A stretch of 64,000 nucleotides of DNA from Candidatus Micrarchaeota archaeon (lineage in GTDB: Archaea > Micrarchaeota > Micrarchaeia > Anstonellales > Bilamarchaeaceae), in contig JAFGCC010000002.1 of assembly GCA_016932815.1 (NCBI GenBank), positions 1,889 through 65,888 of the forward strand. The letters are read 5' to 3'. The position numbers and the translations under genes are program-made. The notes under the pieces were generated by a model that saw only the letters and a list, made by a program, of their open reading frames with translations, made no database searches and was not told the DNA's origin. Positions 1 to 9,754 of this stretch are shown in pieces. Position 1 is the first letter of the stretch. Each line of letters starts with the position of its first letter.

Positions 1-471
1 TACGCAAAGTCCCTCATGGGAAAAGAGCTCAAGCCCGAAGAGATGTTCAAGAGCGGCGAATACGTCGACGTAATTTCGATTTCCACCGGAAAGGGCTGGC
101 AGGGGACCCGCAAGAGGTTCGGGACCGCACTGCACAGGCCAAAGGCAACCGGGCAGAGGAGGCACTCGGGTACGCTTGGGCAGTGGCACCCCGCATACAT
201 CCTTTATACGGCAAGGAGGGCGGGGCAGCTCGGATACCACAAGAGGACTGAAGTGAACAAGCGCATAATGAAAATCGGGGAGAACGTGGAAGAAGTGAAC
301 CCGAAAGGGGGATTCCCCCACTACGGGTTTGTGAGGAGCAATTACGTCTTGCTCAAGGGTTCGGTTCCGGGGCCGGTAAAGAGGCTAATCCGCATGAGGC
401 TGGGAACCAGGGCGCCGGAAAAGGTGCAGGAGCCGAAGCTTACTTACGTCTCCATTGAATCAAAGGTGTGA
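1..471 (+). CDS. rpl3: 50S ribosomal protein uL3, C-terminal part (5' truncated by window)
   Basis: VDVISISTGKGWQG, RAGQLGYHKRTEVNK and LKGSVPGP motifs; frame open from base 1; precedes rpl4. Confidence 0.97.
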   Translation, partial: YAKSLMGKELKPEEMFKSGEYVDVISISTGKGWQGTRKRFGTALHRPKATGQRRHSGTLGQWHPAYILYTARRAGQLGYHKRTEVNKRIMKIGENVEEVNPKGGFPHYGFVRSNYVLLKGSVPGPVKRLIRMRLGTRAPEKVQEPKLTYVSIESKV

Positions 472-476
472 TTGGC

Positions 477-1259
477 ATGAAGGCAGATGTTTATACGCTC
501 GAAGGGGCAAGCGCAGGGAAAAAAATTGACCTCCCATCCCAGTTTGAAGAGGACGTGCGCGAGGAAATAATCAGGCGCGCGGTCCTAAGCGACGAGAGCA
601 AGGAATACCAGCCCCAAGGCTCATACCGGCTTGCGGGAATTGAGACTTCAACCAAGTACCGCGGAAGGAAAGGCGACTTCGGTTCCCTAAAGAACAAGGG
701 GCAGGCGATGCTTCCCCGCGAAGTGAGGCCCGAAGGGCTCAGCGGGAAGGTAAAGAGGATTCCGTCTGCGGTAAAGGGGCGCAGGGCGCACCCTCCAAAA
801 CCGGAGAAGAAGCTCGTAGAGCATATTAATAAGAAAGAATACGGGAAGGCGCTGCGCTGCGCAATTGCGGCGACCGCGCACGCGGACCTCGTTAAAGCGA
901 GGGGGCACGCGTACGAGGGCGCACTCCCGATTGTATTCGAGGATTCGCTTGAGAAGGTGGATAAGACCTCCAAGGTGCTAAAAGCGATTAGCGCCCTGGT
1001 GGGGAAAGACCTTGATAGGGCGAAAAACGGCAGGAAGCCTCGGAGCGGGACCAGGAGCAGGAAGGCCGGGACCAAATCCCCCAAGAGCGCACTAATAGTA
1101 GTGGGCGGGGGCAGCATCCTAAAGTCCGCAAGGAACATTGCGGGAGTGGATGTCGTCGCAGTCGACAAGCTCAAGGTAAAGGACCTTGCACCCGGGACGC
1201 ACCCTGGCAGGCTCACAATCTATACTGAATCTGCAATAAAGAAAATAGGGGAGATGTGA
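477..1259 (+). CDS. rpl4: 50S ribosomal protein uL4
   Basis: AVKGRRAHPPK and LAPGTHPGRLTIYTE motifs; operon position. Confidence 0.97.
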   Translation: MKADVYTLEGASAGKKIDLPSQFEEDVREEIIRRAVLSDESKEYQPQGSYRLAGIETSTKYRGRKGDFGSLKNKGQAMLPREVRPEGLSGKVKRIPSAVKGRRAHPPKPEKKLVEHINKKEYGKALRCAIAATAHADLVKARGHAYEGALPIVFEDSLEKVDKTSKVLKAISALVGKDLDRAKNGRKPRSGTRSRKAGTKSPKSALIVVGGGSILKSARNIAGVDVVAVDKLKVKDLAPGTHPGRLTIYTESAIKKIGEM

Positions 1260-1264
1260 TACGG

Positions 1265-1513
1265 ATGATACTAATAGAGCCAATCAAGACGGAGAAAGCG
1301 ATTGGGAAGATAGAATTTAGCAACACCATCACTTTCAGGGTGGACGAATCCGCAACCAAAAAGCAGGTAAAAGACGAGGTTGAGAGGGTATTCGGGGTGA
1401 AGGTAAAATCCGTCAAGACGTACGTTCTTCCGGGCAAGGGGAAGAGGGCAATCGTAAGGGTTGCAGACAGCCACAAGGCGGAGGACATTTCCTCAAAACT
1501 CAAGATGGCATAG
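1265..1513 (+). CDS. rpl23: 50S ribosomal protein uL23
   Basis: PIKTEKA...NTITFRVD...FGVKVKSVKT; position. Confidence 0.96.
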   Translation: MILIEPIKTEKAIGKIEFSNTITFRVDESATKKQVKDEVERVFGVKVKSVKTYVLPGKGKRAIVRVADSHKAEDISSKLKMA

Positions 1514-1522
1514 GTGGATTGA

Positions 1523-2254
1523 ATGGGAAAAAGGCTTAAACCACAGAGGAGGGGCCGCGGAACCCCAAGATACTGCTCACCGAAGAAGAGGTTCAAGGTG
1601 AAGCTCCGCTACAGGCCATACGACGACGTCGAAAAGACGGGCGTAATTCGCGGGCAGGTAGTGGACTTCGTGGACGACCCCGCAAGGAGCGCACTCCTGA
1701 TGAAGGTGAAGTACGACAACAATGAAGAGGGCTACCTGCTTGCCGCAGAAGGCACCTGCCAGGGCGACTACGTGGAGCTGGGGGTGCAGGCGAAGGTGGC
1801 TTTCGGGAACGTTCTCCCCCTATATCGGATTCCGGAAGGAACCTACATATATAATATAGAGAGGATTCCGGGCGACGGAGGCAAGTTCATCAAGGCCCCG
1901 GGCGCATTCGGAATCGTTGTGGGGCGCGAGAAGGAAACCGTTTCAATCAAGCTCCCAAGCAAGAAAGTGATTACCGTGTCCTCCGAAGCGAGGGCGCAGG
2001 TCGGGATAGTAAACGGAGGCGGGCTCAAGGAGAGGCCGCTGATGAAGGCAGGAAATGCACACTACAAGCACAAGGCTAAGAGTACCCGCATCTGGCCAAA
2101 GGTCAGGGGTGTGGCGATGAGCGCCTACAACCACCCGCACGGAGGAAAGCAGCACCACGCAGGCAAGCCTACGAGCGTTGCGCGCGGAACCCCGCCGGGA
2201 AGGAAAGTCGGGCACATTGCCTCCAAGAGAACGGGGCGCAGGGCCAAAGGGTGA
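1523..2254 (+). CDS. rpl2: 50S ribosomal protein uL2
   Basis: QRRGRG, WPKVRGVAM, HPHGG, PPGRKVGHIA. Confidence 0.98.
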   Translation: MGKRLKPQRRGRGTPRYCSPKKRFKVKLRYRPYDDVEKTGVIRGQVVDFVDDPARSALLMKVKYDNNEEGYLLAAEGTCQGDYVELGVQAKVAFGNVLPLYRIPEGTYIYNIERIPGDGGKFIKAPGAFGIVVGREKETVSIKLPSKKVITVSSEARAQVGIVNGGGLKERPLMKAGNAHYKHKAKSTRIWPKVRGVAMSAYNHPHGGKQHHAGKPTSVARGTPPGRKVGHIASKRTGRRAKG

Positions 2255-2258
2255 ATGA

Positions 2259-2657
2259 ATGGTTAAAAAAGAAGTATTCAGAGGCATGGACGAAAGCAGT
2301 TTCGAAGGCATGGGCATGGACGAGTTCCTGGCACACCTTACCTCAAGGGAGAGGAGGACGCTAAGGAGGCTCAACCAGAACCCCAGGCTCAAGCAGTTGA
2401 TTGAGACCGTCCGGAAGGTAAAGAAGGAGAATCCCAAGAAGATGATAAAGACGCACATACGCGAAGCGGTCATCCTGCCCGAATGGCTTGGGCTCACTTT
2501 CGGCGTTTACAACGGAAAGGAGTTCAAGAGGGTGGAGATTACCATCAAGCACCTTGGCAAAAGGCTCGGCGAGTTTGCGCACAGCACCGGCCGCGTCATG
2601 CACTCCGGGCCCGGTGTGGGAGCTACAAGGGGCTCCAAGTTCGTGCCGCTCAAGTGA
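2259..2657 (+). CDS. rps19: 30S ribosomal protein uS19
   Basis: KTHIR, VYNGKEF, HSGPGVGATRGSKFVPLK. Confidence 0.98.
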   Translation: MVKKEVFRGMDESSFEGMGMDEFLAHLTSRERRTLRRLNQNPRLKQLIETVRKVKKENPKKMIKTHIREAVILPEWLGLTFGVYNGKEFKRVEITIKHLGKRLGEFAHSTGRVMHSGPGVGATRGSKFVPLK

Positions 2658-2666
2658 TGTGATACT

Positions 2667-3362
2667 ATGAGTTACTCGTGCAAGATTGATTGTGAAGCCG
2701 ACTTCGCAAAGGCGAGGGTTGAAGGGGTAAATGCTTCTTTCAAGGACCTTACCGAAGTTTGCGGGAACATCCGCAGGAGGCCCGCGGTTGCCGCGGTTGC
2801 GCTCCTAGAAGACGCAAAGGCGGGAAAGGTCCCCCTTAGGTACCGCTCGCACAATACGAGGATGGGGCATCGCAAGGAGCTTATGGGGCAGAAGGGAAGG
2901 TGGCCGATGAAGGCTGCCGGAATCGTGCTCAAGTGCCTGCAATCCGCCATCGCGAATGCGAAGGAGAAGGGGCTGAGCGAGGAATTGGTCGTATCCCATG
3001 CATGCGCGAACAAGAAGAATACATATATGAGGTATTCTTCCAAGGGCCGCAGGAACATCTCAAGGATGGAGACTGCGCGCGTGGAGATCGTGCTTCGCGA
3101 GAAAGTTGAGGGCAAGAAAAAGCGCTTAGAAGACGCCAAAAAGAAGAAGGCGGAAGCGCCCAAGAAGCCCGCAAAGGAAGAGGCCCCGAAGGCGGAAGCG
3201 GCAAAGGAAGCAAATGCCGCACCTCCGAAAGCGGAGAAAAAGGCTGAGGCGAAAAAGGCGGAAGCTACGCCTAAAAAGGAGGAAACTCCTGCAAAGCCCC
3301 CTGCAAAGGAGGAAAAGAAGGAGCCTGCCAAGGAGGCATCCGATAAAGAAGAGGTGGCATGA
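2667..3362 (+). CDS. rpl22: 50S ribosomal protein uL22 with long K/A/E/P-rich C-terminal tail
   Basis: GRWPMKAA, AIANAKEKGL; position between rps19 and rps3. Confidence 0.95.
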   Translation: MSYSCKIDCEADFAKARVEGVNASFKDLTEVCGNIRRRPAVAAVALLEDAKAGKVPLRYRSHNTRMGHRKELMGQKGRWPMKAAGIVLKCLQSAIANAKEKGLSEELVVSHACANKKNTYMRYSSKGRRNISRMETARVEIVLREKVEGKKKRLEDAKKKKAEAPKKPAKEEAPKAEAAKEANAAPPKAEKKAEAKKAEATPKKEETPAKPPAKEEKKEPAKEASDKEEVA

Positions 3363-4055
3363 ATGGCAATTGAAAGCAAGTTCATAGACAACCCGATTGA
3401 GAAGCACAAGGTCATGAAGTTCCTTGAAGTGGAGCTTGACCGTGCGGGAGTTGCGAACATCGAAATCCAGAGGACACCTGTTGTGACCAGGATTGCGATT
3501 GAGGTCCTCAACCCCGGCAGGGTAATCGGGAAGAAGGGAAAGACCATCAACGCACTTACCGAAACCCTCAAGAGGGAATTCCAGCTTGAAAACCCGCAGA
3601 TAAGCGTGGTTGAAGTGAGGAACCCCGCGCTTGAGCCGCGCCTTGTGGCAAAGAAGGCGGCAAAGTACATTGAGATGGGCAAGAAGGTCAGGGCAGTCCT
3701 GCACTTCCTCCTAAAAGACATCATACGCAACGGGGCGCTTGGCGCAGAAATCGTAGCCTCAGGCAAAATCGGCGCAAAAGGCGCGCGCTCCAAGAGGCTC
3801 CGCGTTGCGGATGGTTACATTCCCAAGTCGGGCGAGCCAGCAAGGCTCGTAAACGAGGCGCACGTGTCCGCGAACACCAAATCCGGTATCATCGGGGTGC
3901 TCGTTCGGATTGCGCCGCCAGGAACCGTGTTCCCTGACAAGCCGAGCACGCAGGTTGAAGCTGCGCCGAAGGCACAGGGAGACGGCAAGCAGCCCGTTGA
4001 ACGGGTGCAGGGCCCGCCCAAGGATGCAGGCGCAAAGAAACCGGAGGCGGCTTGA
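3363..4055 (+). CDS. rps3: 30S ribosomal protein uS3
   Basis: KH motif PGRVIGKKG; GALGAEIVASGK. Confidence 0.97.
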   Translation: MAIESKFIDNPIEKHKVMKFLEVELDRAGVANIEIQRTPVVTRIAIEVLNPGRVIGKKGKTINALTETLKREFQLENPQISVVEVRNPALEPRLVAKKAAKYIEMGKKVRAVLHFLLKDIIRNGALGAEIVASGKIGAKGARSKRLRVADGYIPKSGEPARLVNEAHVSANTKSGIIGVLVRIAPPGTVFPDKPSTQVEAAPKAQGDGKQPVERVQGPPKDAGAKKPEAA

Positions 4056-4056
4056 A

Positions 4057-4236
4057 ATGGCGGTCTATAGGATTTCCGAACTTAGGAACATGAGTACGGC
4101 GGAACTTGGGAAGAAGCTTGAGGAATTGAACCTCGCACTCCTGGAGGAGGGTGAGGGCAATCCCAAGAAGAACCGGGAAATACGCAAGGCGATTGCCCGG
4201 ATAAAGACTATACAAAACGAGACGAAAAAGGCATAA
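4057..4236 (+). CDS. rpl29: 50S ribosomal protein uL29
   Basis: ELRNMSTAEL...REIRKAIARIKT; ATG at 4057 inside ORF 3910..4236. Confidence 0.94.
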   Translation: MAVYRISELRNMSTAELGKKLEELNLALLEEGEGNPKKNREIRKAIARIKTIQNETKKA

Positions 4237-4249
4237 AGAGGTAAAAACA

Positions 4250-4555
4250 TTGGCGGAAATATGTCAAAAATGCGGAATGATACAGGATCTCTGTGTTTGT
4301 GAGATACTGGACAAGGAAGAAGTGAAGAAGATCCGGATATACACCACCAAGGCAAAGTTCAGGAAATTGGTGACTGTGGTTGAAGGAATTGACAAAAACA
4401 GGGTGGCTGAAGCCGCGAAATCCCTCAAGCAGGCGCTTGCCTGCGGCGGGAGCGCAAAGGAAGGAAGCGTTGTGCTCCAGGGAGACCACAAGAGGAAAGT
4501 AAAGGGAATCCTTGTGGGAATGGGATACCCCGGGGAGAACATCGAAGTGGAGTAG
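4250..4555 (+). CDS. sui1: Translation initiation factor SUI1 (aIF1)
   Basis: CQKCG..DLCVCE, KLVTVVEG, LACGGS, LQGDH; TTG start with SD GAGGT. Confidence 0.95.
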   Translation: MAEICQKCGMIQDLCVCEILDKEEVKKIRIYTTKAKFRKLVTVVEGIDKNRVAEAAKSLKQALACGGSAKEGSVVLQGDHKRKVKGILVGMGYPGENIEVE

Positions 4556-4810
4556 ATGATTCACCTAATCGGGGAATTCATCGGCAAGAAGCTGCTGGTG
4601 AAAGATTGCCCCGCACGGGGGTTCTGCGGCATGGAAGGGAAAATCGTCGATGAGACGAAGAACACCTTCCTCGTGGAGACGGCTTCCGGGATTAGGAGAA
4701 TCCCGAAAAAAGGGGCCGTCTTCGAAATCGGCGGGAAAACCGTGCACGGTGACAAGATAATGTTCAGGGCCGAAGACCGGCCGAAAAAACTCAGAAGGAA
4801 AATAAGGTGA
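4556..4810 (+). CDS. rnp1: Ribonuclease P protein component 1 (Pop4/Rpp29)
   Basis: EFIG, GMEGKIVDETKNT, IPKK, RAEDR; canonical position. Confidence 0.92.
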   Translation: MIHLIGEFIGKKLLVKDCPARGFCGMEGKIVDETKNTFLVETASGIRRIPKKGAVFEIGGKTVHGDKIMFRAEDRPKKLRRKIR

Positions 4811-4814
4811 TGAT

Positions 4815-5120
4815 GTGGCAGAAGAAACAGGCAACAAGCAGAAACGCCCGCTCTCCATACGCGGAGCACGCATAGTCGGGAGAGTAGTCAGCGACAAGAA
4901 CAAGAAGACCGTCGTAGTGGAGCGGGACGTTACCAAGAAGATAACCAAGTACAAGAGGCTTGCAAGGAGCCGCTCTAGGATACAGGCCCACAACCCCGAC
5001 GAAGTCGGGGCGAAGACGGGCGACATCGTGAAAATCGGGGAAACCCGCAAAATCAGCAAGACCAAGTCCTGGGTGGTGATGGAAATCATCTCCAAGGCTG
5101 CAGACGAGGCGGTAAAATGA
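4815..5120 (+). CDS. rps17: 30S ribosomal protein uS17
   Basis: GRVVSDKNKKTVVVE, GDIVKIGETRKISKTKSW. Confidence 0.97.
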   Translation: MAEETGNKQKRPLSIRGARIVGRVVSDKNKKTVVVERDVTKKITKYKRLARSRSRIQAHNPDEVGAKTGDIVKIGETRKISKTKSWVVMEIISKAADEAVK

Positions 5121-5515
5121 AAGGCGTAGGCGCTCACATTCCAAAGACTCTCACACTCGGAAGCGAGCTTGTGTGCCACGACAACTCCGGGGCGAAGATA
5201 GTGGAGATAATCGGTGTGGTCGGCTACAAGGGAGTCCACGGCAGGAACCCCAAGGCGGGTGTTGCGGACCTCATAATCGCGGCGGTCAAGAAGGGCAAGC
5301 CCGACATGGTCAAGAAGAAAGTGAAGGCGGTAATCATCCGCCAGAAGAAAGAGCTCCGCAGGGCCAACGGGAACAGGCTCGCGTTTGAGGACAACGCATG
5401 CGTCCTCGTAAACGACGACAAGCTCCCGATTGGAACCGAAATCAAGGGCGTAATCGCAAAAGAGGTTGCAGAAAGGTACCCGAAAGTGGCTGCAATAGCC
5501 CCGGGAGTCGTATGA
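5117..5515 (+). CDS. rpl14: 50S ribosomal protein uL14
   Basis: DNSGAK, FEDNACVLV, GTEIKGVIAKE. Confidence 0.98.
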   Translation: MKGVGAHIPKTLTLGSELVCHDNSGAKIVEIIGVVGYKGVHGRNPKAGVADLIIAAVKKGKPDMVKKKVKAVIIRQKKELRRANGNRLAFEDNACVLVNDDKLPIGTEIKGVIAKEVAERYPKVAAIAPGVV

Positions 5516-5525
5516 GGGATGTTTC

Positions 5526-5879
5526 ATGAAGAGGAAAACTGAGAGGAGAAAGAGGTACAACGCGTCCATGCACGAAAAAAGGGCGTTTGTCAGGGTGCAC
5601 CTGGCAAAGGAGCTCAAGGAGGGCGCCAAAACCAAGAAGAGGTCCCTGCTAGTCAACAAAGGGGACACCGTAAAGGTCATGCGCGGAGCCCACAGGGGAA
5701 AGAGCGCGAAAGTGCAGAAGGTAAGCCACGCAAAGGGGCTCGTATACCTAGAAGGCATAAGCACCAGGAATGCAAGGGGCACCGAAAGTGCGCTCGGCTT
5801 CCAGCCTTCAAACCTGGTAATTACTTCGGTAAAGGAGACCCCGTATAGGCAGAAAGTCATGAGTGCAAAGGGTGAATGA
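5526..5879 (+). CDS. rpl24: 50S ribosomal protein uL24
   Basis: KOW motif KGDTVKVMRGAHRG; PSNLVIT. Confidence 0.96.
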   Translation: MKRKTERRKRYNASMHEKRAFVRVHLAKELKEGAKTKKRSLLVNKGDTVKVMRGAHRGKSAKVQKVSHAKGLVYLEGISTRNARGTESALGFQPSNLVITSVKETPYRQKVMSAKGE

Positions 5880-5880
5880 G

Positions 5881-6588
5881 ATGGCAAAGAGAGGAAGGAA
5901 AGGCCACACTAAAAGGATCGCGGTCCCCAAGGCCGTGCCCATACACGACAAGAAGGCGAGGGGCAGGGTCTGGATTGCAAACACCAACCCCGGGACGCAC
6001 CCTGCGCGCAAGAGCATGCCCCTTGTGGCGCTGCTCCGCGAGGTGCTGGGAGTTGCGGAAAACGCAAAGGAAGTGAAAATCATCCTGGGCGACAGGAAAG
6101 TGCTAGTTGACGGCGTGCCCAGGACCGACCACCGCTTCCCGATTGGGTACATGGACATAATATCCATGCCCGCAGCGGATGAATATTACAGGATTGGCGT
6201 GAATCGGGGCAAGCTCGTCTTGGAGAAGGTTGAGAAGGATGCGACCGGAGTGAAGTTCCTAAAGGTTACCGGCAAGAAGACGGTGAAGGGGAACAAGGTC
6301 AGCCTCAGCCTCCACGATGGGAGGAACCTGCTAGCAGACAACGGAGTTAGCGTCGGGGACACAATCGAGTTTGACCTTGGCGGAAAGAAAATCGGCAAGC
6401 TGCACAAGCTCGGAAAGGGCGCAAAATGCATGATTACAGACGGGAAGCACTCTGGTGCAAGCGTAGTGGTGGAGGAAATCTACCCAAGCATCGAGGGCAG
6501 GAGCGCGGAAGCGCTGGTGGCCCCCGCAGGCGGGAAGGGAGGAACCTTCAGGACGCTTGCGGGCTACCTCTTCGTGATGGGTGAATGA
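5881..6588 (+). CDS. rps4e: 30S ribosomal protein eS4
   Basis: HTKRIAVP, PGTHP, VLVDGVPRTDHRFPIGYMDII, LHDGRN. Confidence 0.97.
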   Translation: MAKRGRKGHTKRIAVPKAVPIHDKKARGRVWIANTNPGTHPARKSMPLVALLREVLGVAENAKEVKIILGDRKVLVDGVPRTDHRFPIGYMDIISMPAADEYYRIGVNRGKLVLEKVEKDATGVKFLKVTGKKTVKGNKVSLSLHDGRNLLADNGVSVGDTIEFDLGGKKIGKLHKLGKGAKCMITDGKHSGASVVVEEIYPSIEGRSAEALVAPAGGKGGTFRTLAGYLFVMGE

Positions 6589-6590
6589 AA

Positions 6591-7109
6591 ATGGCGGAGA
6601 AAGAAAACCCGATGAAGGAAATAGTAATCGAGAAAGTCACAGTAAACATGGGCGTTGGCGAGCCGGGAGAAAAACTCGATAACGCAAAGAAGCTCATGGA
6701 AGCTTTAAGCGGGAGCAAAGTGGTGGAGACCAAGGCGCACGACCGCAACCCCACTTTCAAGCTCCGCAAGGGGCTGCCCATTGGGGCGAAGACCACCCTC
6801 CGCGGGCCAAAGGCGGCGGAATTCGTGGGGAAAGCGCTCATAGCGAACAAGAAACTGCTTCGCGCATCCTGCTTCGACAGACGGGGAAACTTCTCTTTCG
6901 GGGTAAAAGAATACATCGACTTCCCCGGGGCGAAATACGACCCGAAAATCGGGATGCTCGGTTTTGATGTGTGCGTGACCCTTACCCGCAGGGGAGAGAG
7001 GGTAAAGAGGCGGAAGGTGAAGCCCACTTCCGTTGGAAGGAGCCACTTGATTACCAAGGAGGAGGGCATTGAATTCGCTAAGAAGAAATTTGAAGTTAAT
7101 GTGGAGTGA
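6591..7109 (+). CDS. rpl5: 50S ribosomal protein uL5
   Basis: NPMKEIVIEKVTVNMGVG, GNFSFGVKEYIDFPG. Confidence 0.98.
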   Translation: MAEKENPMKEIVIEKVTVNMGVGEPGEKLDNAKKLMEALSGSKVVETKAHDRNPTFKLRKGLPIGAKTTLRGPKAAEFVGKALIANKKLLRASCFDRRGNFSFGVKEYIDFPGAKYDPKIGMLGFDVCVTLTRRGERVKRRKVKPTSVGRSHLITKEEGIEFAKKKFEVNVE

Positions 7110-7113
7110 GTGT

Positions 7114-7272
7114 ATGGCAAAGGTTCCTCTTGATGAAAAGGCTAAGGGAAAAGGGAAGCGCAAGTGCCGCGTGTGCGGGACTGCAAAGGCGCTTATTAGG
7201 AAGTACAAGCTCAACATATGCAGGCGCTGCTTCAGGGAAGTGGGCGAATCCGTGGGCTTTAGGAAATATTAG
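7114..7272 (+). CDS. rps14: 30S ribosomal protein uS14 (zinc-binding type)
   Basis: CRVCG...IRKYKLNICRRCFRE. Confidence 0.96.
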   Translation: MAKVPLDEKAKGKGKRKCRVCGTAKALIRKYKLNICRRCFREVGESVGFRKY

Positions 7273-7281
7273 GTGGTATTG

Positions 7282-7668
7282 ATGTCTATAGACCTTTTGG
7301 GAGACGCGATGAACACGATAAAAACCCATGAGATGGCGGGTGTTGAAGAGTGCGAGATGCGCGCATCCAAAATCGTGGGCGAAGTGCTCAGGATATTCAA
7401 GGAACACGGGTACGTGAAAGAGTACGAGCTAGTAGATGACGGGAAGGGAGGATTCTACAAGGTAAAGCTCGGAGGGTTCATCAACGACTGCGGGGTAATC
7501 AAGCCGCGCAGCCCGGTGAAAAAAAACGAATGGGCGAAAATAGAGCAGCGCTACATCCCAGGTGTAGGTGCCGGGATAATCGTGGCTTCCACTCCCCTTG
7601 GGGTTATTACCAACAGGGCGGCAGAGGAGAAGCACGTTGGCGGAAGGCTCCTCGCATTCGTATATTGA
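7282..7668 (+). CDS. rps8: 30S ribosomal protein uS8
   Basis: INDCGVIKPR, ASTPLGVIT, GGRLLAFVY. Confidence 0.97.
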   Translation: MSIDLLGDAMNTIKTHEMAGVEECEMRASKIVGEVLRIFKEHGYVKEYELVDDGKGGFYKVKLGGFINDCGVIKPRSPVKKNEWAKIEQRYIPGVGAGIIVASTPLGVITNRAAEEKHVGGRLLAFVY

Positions 7669-7717
7669 TGTTAAGCAATAGAACGCGATAGAACAAGAAC
7701 AAACAGATGTGATTTGG

Positions 7718-8212
7718 ATGATTGAGGTAAAAATACCTGCAGGTGTGACCGTTGCCGTAGATGGAAACAAGGTAACGGCCAGCGGGCCAAACGGCTCGGC
7801 TGCGCGGGAATTCAAGGGCACTGCCCTTGACCTGAAGCTTGAAGGAGATACCCTTTCCGTAGCAGGAAAGGGGAAAGCCATCGAGAACACCGTAAGGGCC
7901 CACCTCGGCAATATGTTTGCCGGAGTCACTGAGGGCTTTACGCAGAAGATGGTGATCCGGTACGCCCACTTCCCTATAAGCGTGGAAGTAAAGGGCAAGG
8001 ACATCTTAATAAAGAACTTCCTAGGGGAGAGGAAGCCCAGGAAGACCAAGGTGCACGGAAACGCGAAAGTCGAAGTGAAGGGAAAGGACATCGTGGTTTC
8101 GGGAACCGACAGGGAGGCAGTGGGCCAGACGGTTGCGAACATCCGCAAGACCACAAAGATAAAGGGCCACGACTGCAGGATATTCCAGGACGGGATTTAC
8201 CCGACCGACTGA
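7718..8212 (+). CDS. rpl6: 50S ribosomal protein uL6
   Basis: YAHFPI, NFLGERKPR, VGQTVANI, RIFQDGIY. Confidence 0.97.
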   Translation: MIEVKIPAGVTVAVDGNKVTASGPNGSAAREFKGTALDLKLEGDTLSVAGKGKAIENTVRAHLGNMFAGVTEGFTQKMVIRYAHFPISVEVKGKDILIKNFLGERKPRKTKVHGNAKVEVKGKDIVVSGTDREAVGQTVANIRKTTKIKGHDCRIFQDGIYPTD

Positions 8213-8224
8213 AGGTGATGTTCA

Positions 8225-8641
8225 ATGGCAGAGAAAAAAGCGGCTGCAAAGGCCCCTGCGAAAAAAACCGGAGCTAAGAAAATCCGGGTAAAGAAAAAGA
8301 GCAAGAAGAAATTCACCGTGCCCAACTCAACTGGGAAGAGGCGCATGAAGAGCGTAAAGCCCAGGTGGAGGAGGCCTACGGGTGATGATAACAAGAAGAA
8401 AATCCGCAAGGCGTTCATGGGCAAGTCCCCCAGGGTGGGCAACAAGAACACCGCGGAAGTGCGCGGAGTGCACCCTCTTGGCCTCTCTGAAATCCTCGTT
8501 TGCAACGCAACCGAGCTTGAAGGGGCGCAAAACGTGCTAGTCCGGATTGCATCCGGGGTGGGCAAGAAGAAGAGGGCGGAGATTGCCGCGCGGGCAAAGG
8601 AGATGAACCTCCGCGTCTTGAATGCAAAGGTGGTTGAATGA
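8225..8641 (+). CDS. rpl32e: 50S ribosomal protein eL32
   Basis: WRRPTG, RGVHPLG, VRIASGVGKKKR. Confidence 0.94.
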   Translation: MAEKKAAAKAPAKKTGAKKIRVKKKSKKKFTVPNSTGKRRMKSVKPRWRRPTGDDNKKKIRKAFMGKSPRVGNKNTAEVRGVHPLGLSEILVCNATELEGAQNVLVRIASGVGKKKRAEIAARAKEMNLRVLNAKVVE

Positions 8642-9168
8642 GCGCTGACACTATCAAGAGGCTCGCGGCCGACATACTAAAAGTCGGGAAGAACCGCGTC
8701 CGCATAAAGATGGATGAGTATTCCAAGGCCATGGAAGCCCTAACGCGCGAAGACGTGCGGGGGCTTATTGCGGAGGGAACGGTGTACAAGGAAAGGTATG
8801 TGGGCCCAAGGAGCAAGCCCGAGAGGAAGAACAAGGGCGTAGGAAAGAGGAGAGGCAAGAAGTACTCGCGCAAGAGCGCAAAGGAGACCTGGATGGAGAA
8901 GCTCCGCGCGCAGAGGAAATACCTCGCGGAGATGATTGAGGGCGGCGAAGTCCCCAAGGAGAGCAAGAGGAAAATCTACCTTAAGATAAAAGGCGGAAGC
9001 TTCAAGGGGAAGAAGGCTCTCAGGGTTTACCTTGAGGAAAACGGGATGCTAAACGAAAAAGCGGCGAAGCCCATTGAGAAGAAGGAGCCCGCAAAGAAGA
9101 AGGCGGAGGCACCTAAGAAGGCAGCGCCCAGGAAGGCGGAGAAGAAGCCTGTGGCAAAGAAGAAGTGA
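8638..9168 (+). CDS. rpl19e: 50S ribosomal protein eL19
   Basis: KRLAADILKVGKNRV, TREDVRGLI, IKGGSFK. Confidence 0.96.
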   Translation: MSADTIKRLAADILKVGKNRVRIKMDEYSKAMEALTREDVRGLIAEGTVYKERYVGPRSKPERKNKGVGKRRGKKYSRKSAKETWMEKLRAQRKYLAEMIEGGEVPKESKRKIYLKIKGGSFKGKKALRVYLEENGMLNEKAAKPIEKKEPAKKKAEAPKKAAPRKAEKKPVAKKK

Positions 9169-9173
9169 TTGTT

Positions 9174-9749
9174 ATGGCAAAAGCGAAAGGACCTACGTAT
9201 GTCGTCCCCTTTAGGAGGAGGAACGAAAAGGCCACCAACTACAAAAAGAGGCTCGCCCTAATAAAATCCGGCAAGCCCAGGATGGTGGTTAGGAGCAGCA
9301 ACAAGCACGTTCTTGTGCAGATAGTTGAGTTCCTGCCCAAAGGAGACAAGGTGCTCGTTTCGGTTAGTTCCGGCAAGCTCAGGAAATTCAAGTGGGCATC
9401 CAGGCGGAACCTGCCTACTGCGTACCTTGCAGGATATTATGCGGGCGTGCTCGGCAAGAAGGCGGGAGTAAAGGAATTCGTCCTGGACATCGGCCTTGTT
9501 TCCCCGATTGTGGGGGGGCTGCCGTTTGCGGCGCAGAAGGGTGCGCTTGATGCGGGGCTAAAGAGCCCGCACGGCGAGGAAATAGTTGATGAGAAGAGGG
9601 TGCGGGGAGAGCACATAGAATCCCTTGCAAACTCCCTTAGCGACGCAGAATACAAGAAGAGGTTCTCTTCCTACATAAAGGAGGGCTTTGACGCTAAGAA
9701 ATTCACTTCGCTCTTTGAGAGCGCCAAGGAGGCAATTGGAAAGGAGTAG
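9174..9749 (+). CDS. rpl18: 50S ribosomal protein uL18
   Basis: TNYKKRLALI, NLPTAYLAG, LDIGL, GALDAGL. Confidence 0.97.
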   Translation: MAKAKGPTYVVPFRRRNEKATNYKKRLALIKSGKPRMVVRSSNKHVLVQIVEFLPKGDKVLVSVSSGKLRKFKWASRRNLPTAYLAGYYAGVLGKKAGVKEFVLDIGLVSPIVGGLPFAAQKGALDAGLKSPHGEEIVDEKRVRGEHIESLANSLSDAEYKKRFSSYIKEGFDAKKFTSLFESAKEAIGKE

Positions 9750-9754
9750 TGGTT